DNA from: Planctomycetota bacterium
GTDB lineage: Bacteria > Planctomycetota > PLA2 > JAEUHO01
Reading direction: 5' to 3'
Length of the DNA: 64,000 nt
Assembly (NCBI GenBank): GCA_965223505.1
Contig: CBDCWP010000024.1
Span: forward strand, 1-64,000
Below, one piece after another: positions 54,669 to 64,000 of this stretch. The notes below the pieces were generated by a model, which made no database searches, was not told the origin of the DNA, and worked only from the letters and a program-made list of their open reading frames with translations. The position numbers and the translations under genes were made by a program. How positions within the stretch are numbered: the stretch's first letter is position 1; the number at the start of each line of letters is the position of its first letter.

Positions 54669-55868
54669 CTATCGCAGGACGCGGCAGCGCGGGTGCTCGC
54701 CCGCGAACGCGTCCCTGGCTTCCGGCGTCACCTTCGAGCCGCGCAGATCCAGGAAACGAAGCTCCGGCAAGCCGCGCAGGCGCTGGAGCCCGGCGTCACC
54801 GATGCCGGTGAACTGAAGCTGCAGGAACTGGAGCGACTTCAGCGCTTCGAGATTCGCGATACCGGCGTCGCTGATGCCGGGGTTGCTGTAGAGACCCAGC
54901 CGTCGCAGCGATGTCAGGTTCTTGAGGTGCGCCATGCCGGCATCGGTCATGGAGAGGCTTGCGTTCAGCTCGCGCAGGTCCGTCAGGTCTCTCAGGTGCT
55001 CGAGCCCGGCCTCCGAGATGTTCATGCCGCGAATCATCAGGGACTGAAGCGACTTCTGGGAGGCGACGTGGCGCATGCCGTCGTCGGTGATGTTGGTGTT
55101 GCGGTACAGGCTCAAGAACTTGAGGTCGAACTTCTCGAGGTGGTTCAGACCGACGTCCGTCACCGCTGTCGCACCGATCGAAAGCCCCTCGAGAGGAAGG
55201 TCCTGGAGATACGCCATGCCTTCGTCGGTGATCTTGGTTCCGGTCAGGCGCAGGTCACGGAGCGCTTCGAGCTGCCCGAGACGCTCGAGGCCTACGTCGC
55301 CGATGCCGGTTTGCTCGAGGTTGAGCTCCTTGAGCTCGCTCATGTTCTCCAGGTGCGCGAGTCCGCCGTCCGTAACCAGCGCGCCCCGCAGGTTGAGGCT
55401 CTCGAGCTGCGTCAAGCCGGCGAGCACCGCGAGGTCGTCGTCCGTGATTCCGGTTCCGCCGAGGTCGAGCTTCTTCAGATTGGGCAACGCGGCCAAGAGC
55501 TCGAGGCCGTCGGCATCGACGATCATGCGCGAGAGATCGAGCGAACGCATGCTGCGCAGCTCCTCGAGCGTCATGCCGCCGAACTTCTCGGCGGAGAGCT
55601 CGTGTAGCCACGCCAGAGCGCTCTTCAACGGTTGCAGGCTCTCGGCCGCCTTCCGGGCTTCGAGGTGCTCGAGGGGCTCGCCTTCGTCGTCGGTCTCGGC
55701 CGAACCGCCGCCGCCATGCCCGACCAGCCCTTCGACATCCGTGTTCTCGTCGCCGGACGTTACGGGCTTCTCCGCCACGGGCGATTCATCGACGGGCTTG
55801 AGGAACCACCCCAGTACGAAGCCGACCAGGAGAACGACGACCGCGCCCAAGCCCGCCTTCAGATCCAT
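54669..55868 (-). CDS. Membrane-anchored leucine-rich-repeat protein
   Basis: N-terminal TM, then about 10 repeats of about 24 aa (L..L.L..T.ITD.GL..L), ending HPRCRV. GGAGG RBS. Confidence 0.88.
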   Translation of the reverse strand: MDLKAGLGAVVVLLVGFVLGWFLKPVDESPVAEKPVTSGDENTDVEGLVGHGGGGSAETDDEGEPLEHLEARKAAESLQPLKSALAWLHELSAEKFGGMTLEELRSMRSLDLSRMIVDADGLELLAALPNLKKLDLGGTGITDDDLAVLAGLTQLESLNLRGALVTDGGLAHLENMSELKELNLEQTGIGDVGLERLGQLEALRDLRLTGTKITDEGMAYLQDLPLEGLSIGATAVTDVGLNHLEKFDLKFLSLYRNTNITDDGMRHVASQKSLQSLMIRGMNISEAGLEHLRDLTDLRELNASLSMTDAGMAHLKNLTSLRRLGLYSNPGISDAGIANLEALKSLQFLQLQFTGIGDAGLQRLRGLPELRFLDLRGSKVTPEARDAFAGEHPRCRVLR

Positions 55869-55882
55869 CGGCGCCACCTCCG

Positions 55883-56392
55883 TCAGTCCGGTCGAATGCG
55901 ATTGGCTCCCGTACGCAGCATCGACGGCATCTCGCCCGCGTCCGCACCGGCGCAGATGGTGAACAGCTGCGTGAGGTCGACGGCGAGGTCTACGTCGTAG
56001 ATCTTCGAGTCGCCGGCTTCCTCCTTCATCATCGCCGTGAGCTCGGGGAACCGACCTTCGATCCAGCGCAGGAACGACGTCCGGGTGTGATCGCCTCGCG
56101 CAAGATCCTCGGCGAGCCGCTCCAGCACGCCGTGCATGAATCGGCGCAGCCGCGTGTCGCACTCCGGCGGCACTTCGAGGTCGATGAGGGTGCTCGCGAT
56201 GGAGTCGAAGATGGACGCGCCGCCGGCGGACCACGCCCGCACACTGTCGTGAAACGCGTGCCCCTTGTTCTGCCAGAAGATCAGCGTGCGGTAGAAGTGA
56301 TAGAGCGCCTGGCCGGCACGCCTTCGCTGGTCATTCGTACCGACGATCAGTCTTTCGAGCTCGCGGTCGAGTTGGGTCTTGGCGGTGCTCAT
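55883..56392 (-). CDS. Hypothetical protein
   Basis: ORF from MSTAKTQ with typical codon bias, between co-oriented genes. No motif recognised. Confidence 0.55.
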   Translation of the reverse strand: MSTAKTQLDRELERLIVGTNDQRRRAGQALYHFYRTLIFWQNKGHAFHDSVRAWSAGGASIFDSIASTLIDLEVPPECDTRLRRFMHGVLERLAEDLARGDHTRTSFLRWIEGRFPELTAMMKEEAGDSKIYDVDLAVDLTQLFTICAGADAGEMPSMLRTGANRIRPD

Positions 56393-56433
56393 GGGAACCG
56401 CCGCCAGCCTACCAACAGGCGCAAGCGAGCGAC

Positions 56434-58764
56434 CTAGCGGCGCGGATCGCCCTTCAGCTTCAGACGCTTCACGTCGACCGGCTCGAAGCCCTCGCAGCCC
56501 TCGGTGACGCGGATCGTTCGGTCGAACGGGACCGCGCCGACCGCTTGCGTCTTGCCGGTCGTGGGCCAGAACACCTCGAGCGAGACGACGCGTGACGCGC
56601 TGCCGAGACCGATCGTCTGGCGCAAGGGGTTCGCGCCGAAGCTCCCGCCGCTGTTCACATGGCGGTAGATCGAACGCTGCTTGCCGCCCTCTTCGACGAT
56701 GACGCGAATCCGAGCGCCGATGGCACAACGATTGGACGTCACGCCGACGAGCTGGACGGCGATCCAGCGATGGTCGAATCCCGGATTCACGTACAGCGCG
56801 TCCGCGAACTCGTCGCCGGGAAACGCGCCCCCCATCTGCTCGAAGACGTCCAGGTCGCCGTCGTTGTCGAGGTCGGCGAAGGACACCGCGTGCCCCTTCT
56901 GCAGATGGGCGAATCCACCGGCCATCGTGACGTCGACGAACCGCCGGCCTTCCCGATTCAGGAACATCACGTTCGGCATGAGCGCTGCGTACGTCGGCGA
57001 GCCCGTCCCCAGATAGAAGTCGACGTACCCGTCTCCGTCCACGTCACCGAAGTTCGAGCCCATCGTGAGCATGGGATACACGAGGCCCGCTTCCTTCGTC
57101 AGGTTCTCGAAGTTGCCCTTGCCGTCCCCCCGCCAGAGCGCTGACAGCTCGTAGCGCGGAGGCAAGCCCGTGTAGTGGGCGCCGATGTGTTCGGGCCGTC
57201 CCGTGTAGGCGGACACGAACAGATCCAGCGCGCCGTCGTTGTCGTAGTCCCAGAACCACGCCGGAAAGCTCTCCGTCGGCTCTTCGAGCCCGAGCCTCGG
57301 CGCGACGTCCGTGAACGTGCCGTCTCCGTTGTTGTGGTACAGGCGGTTCGGTCCCCGGTAGTTGGATATGAACAGATCCGGATATCGGTCACCGTCGTAG
57401 TCGCCCCACGTGACGCCCTTGACCCAGCGCTGATTGCCTACGCCCGCGATCAGCGCGACATCGGTGAACGTGCCGTCACCGTTGTTTCGGAACAGCTCGC
57501 AGGGCGCCATCACGGCACCCGTCGTCTCGTTGCCGATATAGAGGTCGAGATCGCCGTCGTTGTCGTAGTCCGCCCAGTCCGCCGTCTGCGTCGGATACGA
57601 CTTCTTGCCGAGACCACTGTCGAACGTGACGTCGATGAAGCGCCCGTCGCCGTCGTTTTGCAGGAGCGAGTTGGGTTGCTTGCCGTGCTCGCCCAACCAC
57701 GCGCCGCGCATCACGAAGATGTCGAGGTCACCGTCGTTGTCGTAGTCGGCCTGCTTGAGATTGAGACCGCCCAGCAGCCCGTCGAGCCCGGCGGCGCTGC
57801 TGCGGTCGTCGAACGTGCCGTCGCCGTTGTTGTGGAAGTAGTGCATGACGCCACGCGGGTCCCACGTAGACGTGACGATGTCGAGGTACCCGTCTCCGTC
57901 GAAGTCGTCGACGACCGCGCCGCCGGCGAGGTTGACGGTCGCCAGCCCGAGCCAGGCGCTCTCGTTGCGGAAGAGAGGAAACTCGATCTCCGACTCGAGC
58001 GCGTCGGGACGGATGCGCTCGTCGAGCGGAATGTCCTCCGGAGACCTCCCGAGCGTCATGTGCGCCACGTTCAGCAGCCACTTGGCCGTCAGGTGGTGCT
58101 CGTGACCCGCAGGTGCGTGCTGCATGACCTCGCGGAAGTACCGAATCGCGCTGGTGGAGCCCTCGACCTTCGTGTGCAGACCGCCGCCGCGAATCGGCAG
58201 CACGCAGCTCTCGGCCGTGTACCGCGCGCAGCAGTTCTCGACCTCCCCAAGGCGCAGATAGGCGATGGCGAGGAGCAACCGGGTGCGGCTCGCGTCGGCC
58301 GGTGACAGCCCGGCCTCCTGGATCAGCGCGTAGGCTCGCTCGTGTTGCTCGATTGCCGCTCGCACGTTGCCCTGCTCGAGCTCTCGCTCGCCGAGTCGCA
58401 CGTGCAAGGCCCAACGCGTCGCTGCGCTCACGCCCACGTCGAGACTCGCAAGGCGAGATCGCAGCTCGCGCGCTTGCTTGTTGCCCAGGTACGCGTTCTC
58501 GTCCGGAGTGCGTCCGGCGATGTCGCGCAGCACCTCCAGCATGCGCGCATGCCCGGGCGTCAGATCTCGCGCCGGCACCGCCTCGGATTCCGCTGTTGCG
58601 CGTTCGGGCTGCGCCTCACCTTCGGAGACCTCGAACCAATCGAAGTGCCGGCGCGTCGTCACGACGGCGACGACCACGATCAGCAGCGCGAGTGCGCCGG
58701 TCAGCGACGATGCGATGCGCGTACGTCTCGACACGTTTCGTTTGCGCGACACGACGAACGCCAT
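56434..58764 (-). CDS. CRTAC1 / ASPIC-UnbV family FG-GAP repeat protein with N-terminal TPR
   Basis: Repeated D.DNDGDLD and NNGDGTF.DV motifs, and C-terminal AIGARI…GGSFG…GLG…WP. GGAGAG RBS. Confidence 0.88.
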   Translation of the reverse strand: MAFVVSRKRNVSRRTRIASSLTGALALLIVVVAVVTTRRHFDWFEVSEGEAQPERATAESEAVPARDLTPGHARMLEVLRDIAGRTPDENAYLGNKQARELRSRLASLDVGVSAATRWALHVRLGERELEQGNVRAAIEQHERAYALIQEAGLSPADASRTRLLLAIAYLRLGEVENCCARYTAESCVLPIRGGGLHTKVEGSTSAIRYFREVMQHAPAGHEHHLTAKWLLNVAHMTLGRSPEDIPLDERIRPDALESEIEFPLFRNESAWLGLATVNLAGGAVVDDFDGDGYLDIVTSTWDPRGVMHYFHNNGDGTFDDRSSAAGLDGLLGGLNLKQADYDNDGDLDIFVMRGAWLGEHGKQPNSLLQNDGDGRFIDVTFDSGLGKKSYPTQTADWADYDNDGDLDLYIGNETTGAVMAPCELFRNNGDGTFTDVALIAGVGNQRWVKGVTWGDYDGDRYPDLFISNYRGPNRLYHNNGDGTFTDVAPRLGLEEPTESFPAWFWDYDNDGALDLFVSAYTGRPEHIGAHYTGLPPRYELSALWRGDGKGNFENLTKEAGLVYPMLTMGSNFGDVDGDGYVDFYLGTGSPTYAALMPNVMFLNREGRRFVDVTMAGGFAHLQKGHAVSFADLDNDGDLDVFEQMGGAFPGDEFADALYVNPGFDHRWIAVQLVGVTSNRCAIGARIRVIVEEGGKQRSIYRHVNSGGSFGANPLRQTIGLGSASRVVSLEVFWPTTGKTQAVGAVPFDRTIRVTEGCEGFEPVDVKRLKLKGDPRR

Positions 58765-58975
58765 GTCGTCGCATCTCTCCGTTACCCCTGGGCAGACCTT
58801 CTGCCGTTCAGACGAGAGAGACGCGCGGCACGTTGTGTGAATTCCCCGGTGAGCGGGACCCGAGACCCGACAACGATGTATGCAAGACCCGACCGTTGAC
58901 AACCGGCTAACCAGGTTCTGTTGCACCCTCAGGTCGTGTCTACACTCCGAGGTCGTGTCCCTGGAGGGAGTCGCA

Positions 58976-60259
58976 ATGATCAAATCGTTTGCTCTCGTCA
59001 TGTGCGTTGCCATGCCCCTTGCGTTCGTGGAGATGACGCAAGCAACAGCGGAGGACAAGGACCAAAGTCGTTCCCTATTGCCGAAGGTGCTGCGCTCGTA
59101 CGGCTTCGGCGATCCGAAGCAACCGATCTATGTCACGTTCACCGGCCGAATCGGGGACGACCCCGTGCTTCCCAGATTGGCGGGGAAGGACGAGGCGCCG
59201 CCGCGCAACACCCTGTGGGTCTTCGAGGATCCCGCCCCGGTCTGGCGGGCGTTGAGCCGCGCGCACACCCGCAGCTTCGCAAAGGACATGTTCCCGGGCG
59301 CGGATGCGCGCCTCGTACTCGCTGTCGGGTCGGAGAAGAGCGGTCGCCGTCTATTCCTGCACTACCGCCAAGGCTGGGGCAGCATCAGCGTACGCAAGGG
59401 ACGCGAGTTCAGCGGCGGCGACTGGCACTTCGACGCGGGCGGCGACCGAGCGCTGATCGAGCTCTTGTCCAAGACCCCGCCGACCGCGCTCGGAGTTCCG
59501 TCACGTTGGACGCAGTACGCCGGGCGTCGAAACGCGCTGAAGCGGCCGACCGTGAACGTGGCCGTCGCCCGCAGCGCCGCGAGCCTGGACCGCCTGTCGA
59601 AGCGCTTCGTCCCGCACTACGCGCACACGAAGTCCCTCGCACCCAGCTCGCACGTGCAGCTGGGGCGCGATGTCGTCGTGGCGACCTGGCTGCCGCCGCA
59701 GAACCAGAAGGACATCCTGCAGTTCGATGGGTGTCGGCTTTGGGACGACAAGCTGCGCTTCGACGTACGTCGGGAGAAGCGCAACGAACGCGCCGTACGG
59801 TGGTCGCCGGGAGCGCTCGTCGCCCTGACCGTACCCGCCGGCGCGCGATTCCTCGAGGTGCGGCTCGACGGCGTCGTGCACACGCAGGTGCGCTTCGCGT
59901 CGGACCCCGATGCCGCCAACACCGAGCTTCTGCACGACGAGGTCGCCTGCCTGATCATCGAGCGCATGCACGACGGCAACGCGTGGATCGACGTCGGTGA
60001 TCTGTACTTCTACCGCGGCGGCACGTACATGTGGATACGGCCGTCCTCGGTGCAAGGATCGCAAGTCGTCGCGTACCAGGGGACCGTTCCGGCGGCCTTG
60101 ACCAAGACGCTGCTCGCCTCGATCGAGGCGGGCGACGGTTTCATGCTGCAGGGCGGGACGCCGAACTACGTTCGGCACATAGAAGACGCGAAGGCACGGC
60201 CGCCCAAGGGGATCGACGAGCTGCGGCGACACGTGTCCGGCGAGCACCCGCTGCGGTAG
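58976..60259 (+). CDS. Secreted hypothetical protein
   Basis: GGAGGGAG RBS and signal peptide MIKSFALVMCVAMPLA. No motif recognised. Confidence 0.6.
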   Translation: MIKSFALVMCVAMPLAFVEMTQATAEDKDQSRSLLPKVLRSYGFGDPKQPIYVTFTGRIGDDPVLPRLAGKDEAPPRNTLWVFEDPAPVWRALSRAHTRSFAKDMFPGADARLVLAVGSEKSGRRLFLHYRQGWGSISVRKGREFSGGDWHFDAGGDRALIELLSKTPPTALGVPSRWTQYAGRRNALKRPTVNVAVARSAASLDRLSKRFVPHYAHTKSLAPSSHVQLGRDVVVATWLPPQNQKDILQFDGCRLWDDKLRFDVRREKRNERAVRWSPGALVALTVPAGARFLEVRLDGVVHTQVRFASDPDAANTELLHDEVACLIIERMHDGNAWIDVGDLYFYRGGTYMWIRPSSVQGSQVVAYQGTVPAALTKTLLASIEAGDGFMLQGGTPNYVRHIEDAKARPPKGIDELRRHVSGEHPLR

Positions 60260-60262
60260 CCG

Positions 60263-62458
60263 CTACTTCACGCCCTCCGGCATCCATGCCGGCAGCGCCT
60301 CGATCGAGGCGAGCGCCTGCTTCGAGACGGGCACGCCCCAGTGTTGGAAGAACGGACCGAGGTTGCGTCCGACCGTCCGCGAGAATCGCATCATCCACTG
60401 ATCGCGCTTCTGCGCATCGTTCTTGGGACGCTCGCGCTGCGGCAGAGCGCGATACTCGCTGAACACCTTCTTGTAGGCGTCCCAGCCGAAGGCTTCTTGC
60501 AGCTGCATGTACATGATCAGCGCGAGGAAAGGCGAGCGTTTCCAGCGCCCGAAGTCCCGGCCGCCCGCAATGTAGTCGCGCGTTGCCTTGGCGCGCGCTT
60601 CGGGCGTGACGGCCTTGTGGTAGCCACCGTCGGAGCACACGGTCTCCATCACGTACAGCGAGAACAGATTGACGGTGACCTCGCCCGTGCCGCCGAAGGT
60701 CCAGTCGCGACTCTGATGGTTGTGCCCCATCTCATGGAACATGCCCCAGTCGCCCTTCGTCGAGAGCGTCTTGCGATCGACGAACCGCGGCGCCGCGTCG
60801 AGGTGCGTCATGATGGGATAGCCGGCGTGCATGTAGCCGGCGGAGATCTGCTCGTCGGCGACGTATCGTTCCGGGCGTTCGCGCTCGCGCGGAATCGTGG
60901 CGAGGTCGGCACAGGCGTCGAGGACCTCGTCCCAGAACGCCATGAGCGGTCCGGGGTCGTCGAGCTCGCGCACGAACGTCGACGGAATCGTGATGACGAC
61001 CTTGTCGGTCTGCAGCTCGGCCCACGGACCGGGGCGCTCCCGAAGGTCGTTGCGCCAGGTCTTCAGCGACGTCGAACCGGCGACATACCAAGGAGACTCG
61101 ACCGCACCCTCGATCTGAACGGCGACAGGCAGGCCGCCCGACTTCTTCGGCACCTCCACGTAGACGAGCCCGCCGAACGCACTGGCCGCCTTCGTACGCA
61201 CGCGGTCGAGCGGCCAGGAGCGGGAGATGTCCGGTGCGCGTCGCCACGCCTTCTTCGTCCAGAGCCGGTCCGTGTGCGCACCGATGCGAAGCCGCAGTCC
61301 CACGCGCGTCGCCGCCTCGGGGATCGACACGATCACGACCTCGCCGGCCGGGGCGTACAAGCCGGTGCTCTGCCAGTTCGGAACGGCCGGGTTGACGGCC
61401 ACGACTGTCGTGACCCGTTCGGCGGACGCGGGTACCGCGCCGGGGAAGTGCGCGGCTGCAGGGTGCGCCGTGATCTCGTCGGGCTTGCGATAGGTGTCGT
61501 CGCGGATCCGGAGCGCCAGCGCGACCTTCGCCAGCCCGGTCGTGTCGGTCAGCGGCTTGTCGGCGCGGGGCACCGCGTAGGCCGCGTTCGCGATCGCCCG
61601 GATCTGCGGTAGGACGATCGGGTCGGTCGGCGGCAGATCGCCGGCGCAGCGCGAGAGCGTCGAGAGCGCAACGACGCGCTGCCGGGCCTCGAGCGGTTGC
61701 GTCGACATGAGCGCGTCGATCGAGAGGCCGGCGTGTAGGAGCAGCGAGGGCACGACCGCCGCCGGCAACCGCCCTTCCTTCGGCTTCTTGATGAGGCCGC
61801 GGCCGAAGACGATGCCGTACTTCGCGAGCAAGCGATTCGCCGGGTTGTCGAGCGAGAGGTCCTTGGCGGGGTTCAGCTGCTGCCAACCCCACCCGGGATG
61901 TCCGGTGACCAGGCCGCCCCCCTTCTGGAGAAACGCATCGACGAGCTCGAGCTCCGCGCTCGAGAACGACGTCGCGGGCGCGAACAGCGTGTCGATGCCG
62001 TCGAGCGCGCGCGTCCAGTCGGCGCCGTCCAGCGGCCGGACGACGAAGCCCGCGTCTTTCAGGTACGCGCGGACACCGGGCTGCTGGCGAATCCCGACGG
62101 TCGGCTCGCTCTTGGCCGCCGTCCAGCGGGCCGCGTTCTCGACCAGCGTGCCCGTGCCTGCGGTCTTCAACATGCCCGCGCCGAAGTAGCCGTTGTGCGC
62201 GAACGCCACGACACGGCCCTTTCCGGTGAAGCCCGCCGCGACGACGGGCGCCGGACGGCCCGCCGACTCCGCCTCGACCACCGGAAACGAGCGATCCCCG
62301 AACACGCTCAGCAGTCCCGGAATGCCCGGGATGCCGATCTCGCCCACGCCGGCCAGCAGTTCCCGCGCATCCGGCTCGTACCAGGGCGGAGGCGGCTCTT
62401 CGGCCCGCACGGTCCCGGCCAGCAGGAACGCAAGTGCGGCGGCGACGAGGGTGCGCAT
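60263..62458 (-). CDS. M60-like metallopeptidase (TCAF/FAM115-like), secreted
   Basis: WQSTGLYAPAG, IGAH.D, FGGL.Y, PWAEL, ISAG.MHAGYP and WG.FHEMGHN…EVTVN (gluzincin). Confidence 0.9.
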   Translation of the reverse strand: MRTLVAAALAFLLAGTVRAEEPPPPWYEPDARELLAGVGEIGIPGIPGLLSVFGDRSFPVVEAESAGRPAPVVAAGFTGKGRVVAFAHNGYFGAGMLKTAGTGTLVENAARWTAAKSEPTVGIRQQPGVRAYLKDAGFVVRPLDGADWTRALDGIDTLFAPATSFSSAELELVDAFLQKGGGLVTGHPGWGWQQLNPAKDLSLDNPANRLLAKYGIVFGRGLIKKPKEGRLPAAVVPSLLLHAGLSIDALMSTQPLEARQRVVALSTLSRCAGDLPPTDPIVLPQIRAIANAAYAVPRADKPLTDTTGLAKVALALRIRDDTYRKPDEITAHPAAAHFPGAVPASAERVTTVVAVNPAVPNWQSTGLYAPAGEVVIVSIPEAATRVGLRLRIGAHTDRLWTKKAWRRAPDISRSWPLDRVRTKAASAFGGLVYVEVPKKSGGLPVAVQIEGAVESPWYVAGSTSLKTWRNDLRERPGPWAELQTDKVVITIPSTFVRELDDPGPLMAFWDEVLDACADLATIPRERERPERYVADEQISAGYMHAGYPIMTHLDAAPRFVDRKTLSTKGDWGMFHEMGHNHQSRDWTFGGTGEVTVNLFSLYVMETVCSDGGYHKAVTPEARAKATRDYIAGGRDFGRWKRSPFLALIMYMQLQEAFGWDAYKKVFSEYRALPQRERPKNDAQKRDQWMMRFSRTVGRNLGPFFQHWGVPVSKQALASIEALPAWMPEGVK

Positions 62459-62472
62459 GGACGTCTCCGGGC

Positions 62473-63720
62473 TCAGGGCTTGGGGGCGAGCTCCTTCTGA
62501 ATGGCGTCTTCGAGCTCGTCAGGTAGGAACTGGAACGGCCCGGGACCGCCGCGGTACGCGATCTTGCCGTCCTTGCTCACCAGGTAGAGGCGGTCGGGCA
62601 TGGCCCGGTAGGCCTTGCCGACGGCATTGTCGATGTCGTCGACGAGGATCGGCATGCCGTGAAGCTGCATGCCGTCGCAGCACTGCTTGGCGACCACCCG
62701 ACGCTCCTCGAGCGTCTTCGGCTCTTCGACGATCGGCTGGTCCTTGTCGGGCATGGGTGCGCGGCCGTCGATGGCGTGGGCCTCGTGGATGTAGACGACG
62801 AAGAACTGCACCCGGTCGCCGTACGTGTGGAAGAGGGACATCAGCCGACCGGCCGCGAAGCGGAAGGGCTGTCAGGTGTAGCTGCCGAAGATGAGCGCGA
62901 CGGGCTTCTCGTCCTTGAAGGAGGAGAGCGTGACGGGATCGCCGCCGTCGGGCGGACGCAGCGTGAAGTCCGGCGCGTCCGTCCCGGGCGCGGGTCCCGT
63001 GACGCGCGGCGGGCCGCTCATGCGCGGTCCCTCCTGTTTCCACACCCCGTCGCCGTCGGGATCGGCGGACGAGAAGAACGCGGCGAGCTCGTCGGCCGAG
63101 ATGCCGTTGCTCCTATCGGCGTCCGCGAGCATCGCAAGCGACTTGAAGCTGCGTACGCCGTCCGGCATGCGCGGGATGCCGGGCGTGATGAGGTCCTTCT
63201 TCTCCCGGCGAACCGTCTCGAGCTCGGCCTCCGTGAGCTGCCCGTCGTCGTCGCGGTCGATCCTCCCGAAGTGCGCGTCGAGCTCTTCGAGCGTGAGCGA
63301 GAGATCTGCGTCCGACTGGAAGTACCGTAGCAGCGTGACCGTCGCGATCATGCGATCCATGCGGGTCGCCTGCTGGAAGTCCTCAGTGGTGAGCTTCCCG
63401 TCGTCGTTCACGTCCAACCGTCCGAACGCGTCCTTGCCGCGCCCGTACTCCTCCTCCGTCACGTCGCCGCTCTCGTCGAGGTCGTACTTGAGGCGGTAGA
63501 AGTCCCACGCCGAGTCCAGGTGGGTCGCGACGATCGTCGTCCGATCCAGCGTCGGCGCCGCGACCTCGGGCTTGGCGCACGGCGGCCTGGAACGGCCTCG
63601 CTGCGGACAGCACGGCTTCGCCCGTACGCAGCAGCGCACGCTGACGGCGCGTCCGTGAGCGCAGCCGGCCAGCAGCGCCGCGGCCAGTGCGGTGAAGACG
63701 ATCGCGATTCGCGCCTGCAT
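62473..63720 (-). CDS. EF-hand + iodothyronine-deiodinase-like (thioredoxin fold) selenoprotein, lipoprotein, with in-frame UGA (Sec) at 62874-62872
   Basis: The two track ORFs are in one frame. Read-through gives APDFTL…KPVALIFGSYT-U-QPF…VYIHEAH…VDDIDN…Y.AMPDRLY, matching the deiodinase GSxTUPxF and EAH motifs. Several DxDxDG EF-hands are present. Confidence 0.85.
62842..62871 (-). promoter_or_regulatory. Putative bacterial SECIS element
   Basis: After UGA comes CAGCCCUUCCGCUUCG-CGGCC-GGUC-GGCUG: a 5-bp stem (one G-U) with a GGUC apical loop starting 22 nt downstream. Confidence 0.55.
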
Positions 63721-63838
63721 GGGGCCTCCCTCCGGTGGCGCGGGATTGTAGCGCTGCGGCGTGCGCCCGCGCCGGGGCGAACGACTTGACTCCGATTCCG
63801 GGTTCGGGGACGGTGCGTCGCGAGGAGAATCGGCGCCC

Positions 63839-64000
63839 GTGGGACAGACGACTCAGGCCTGGGACGCGCTGGCCGGACACCTGTACGGGTTCGTCGAGGC
63901 GTGGGCGAAGAAGACGGCGCCGCCCGACCTGCGCGAGTACCTCCCGCCGGAGGGGAATCCGACCCGGGCGCCGGCGCTGATCGAGCTCATCAAGGTCGAC
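63839..64000 (+). CDS. N-terminus (3'-partial) of a probable planctomycete-type Ser/Thr kinase
   Basis: GAGGAG RBS and GTG start. MGQTTQAWDALAGHLYGFVEAWAKKTAPPDLREYLP…LIELIKVD resembles the 'F..AW…P.L..YL…L.EL…D' leader of such kinases. Confidence 0.55.
   Translation, partial: MGQTTQAWDALAGHLYGFVEAWAKKTAPPDLREYLPPEGNPTRAPALIELIKVD

Noticed and set aside
54700..57920. Periodic DNA similarity suggesting a repeat array or CRISPR
   Set aside because: It is explained by protein-level LRR and FG-GAP repeats, and there are no identical repeats with unique spacers.
62872..62874. Nonsense mutation or pseudogene interpretation of the TGA
   Set aside because: The TGA falls exactly at the catalytic Sec/Cys position with a SECIS-like hairpin, and both halves are intact, so recoding is more likely.
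152..63980. Many long overlapping Arg/Ala/Pro-rich ORFs in alternative frames or antisense (e.g. 152-1507, 29685-31790, 31313-33457, 45593-48076)
   Set aside because: These are shadow ORFs expected in very GC-rich DNA. They overlap motif-supported genes and contain no motifs.

Overview
A 64-kb, very GC-rich bacterial chromosomal segment, most likely Planctomycetota. This assignment is inferred from the ECF sigma factor and Ser/Thr kinase types, the prenyltransferase-repeat, LRR, CRTAC1/ASPIC and PEP-CTERM proteins, and many Cys/Pro-rich secreted proteins. It carries about 47 densely packed genes. I saw no rRNA, tRNA, CRISPR array, transposase or integrase. Main modules: (1) a mirror-image cassette of two secreted TPR-CHAT proteases, each divergently paired with a small Cys-rich partner; (2) a tail-to-tail LpxQ-like beta-barrel and PAP2 phosphatase; (3) a respiratory operon of Rieske, cytochrome b, octaheme HAO-family cytochrome, two bd-like membrane subunits and a porin, with sigma54-like promoters; (4) a split NHEJ locus with Ku, a stand-alone ligase, a MerR-TPR protein and a hydrolase, plus DUF72 and a LigD whose ligase domain has lost its catalytic residues; (5) TonB and a TonB-dependent receptor; (6) a translationally coupled queA-queG-GT2 operon whose glycosyltransferase resembles the eukaryotic queuosine-tRNA galactosyltransferase QTGAL/B3GNTL1, my best candidate for an undescribed system (bacterial glycosyl-queuosine); (7) a hidden EF-hand/deiodinase-like selenoprotein with an in-frame UGA and SECIS-like hairpin, which the ORF track splits in two. 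All calls rest on motif reading and recalled family knowledge; no database searches were run.
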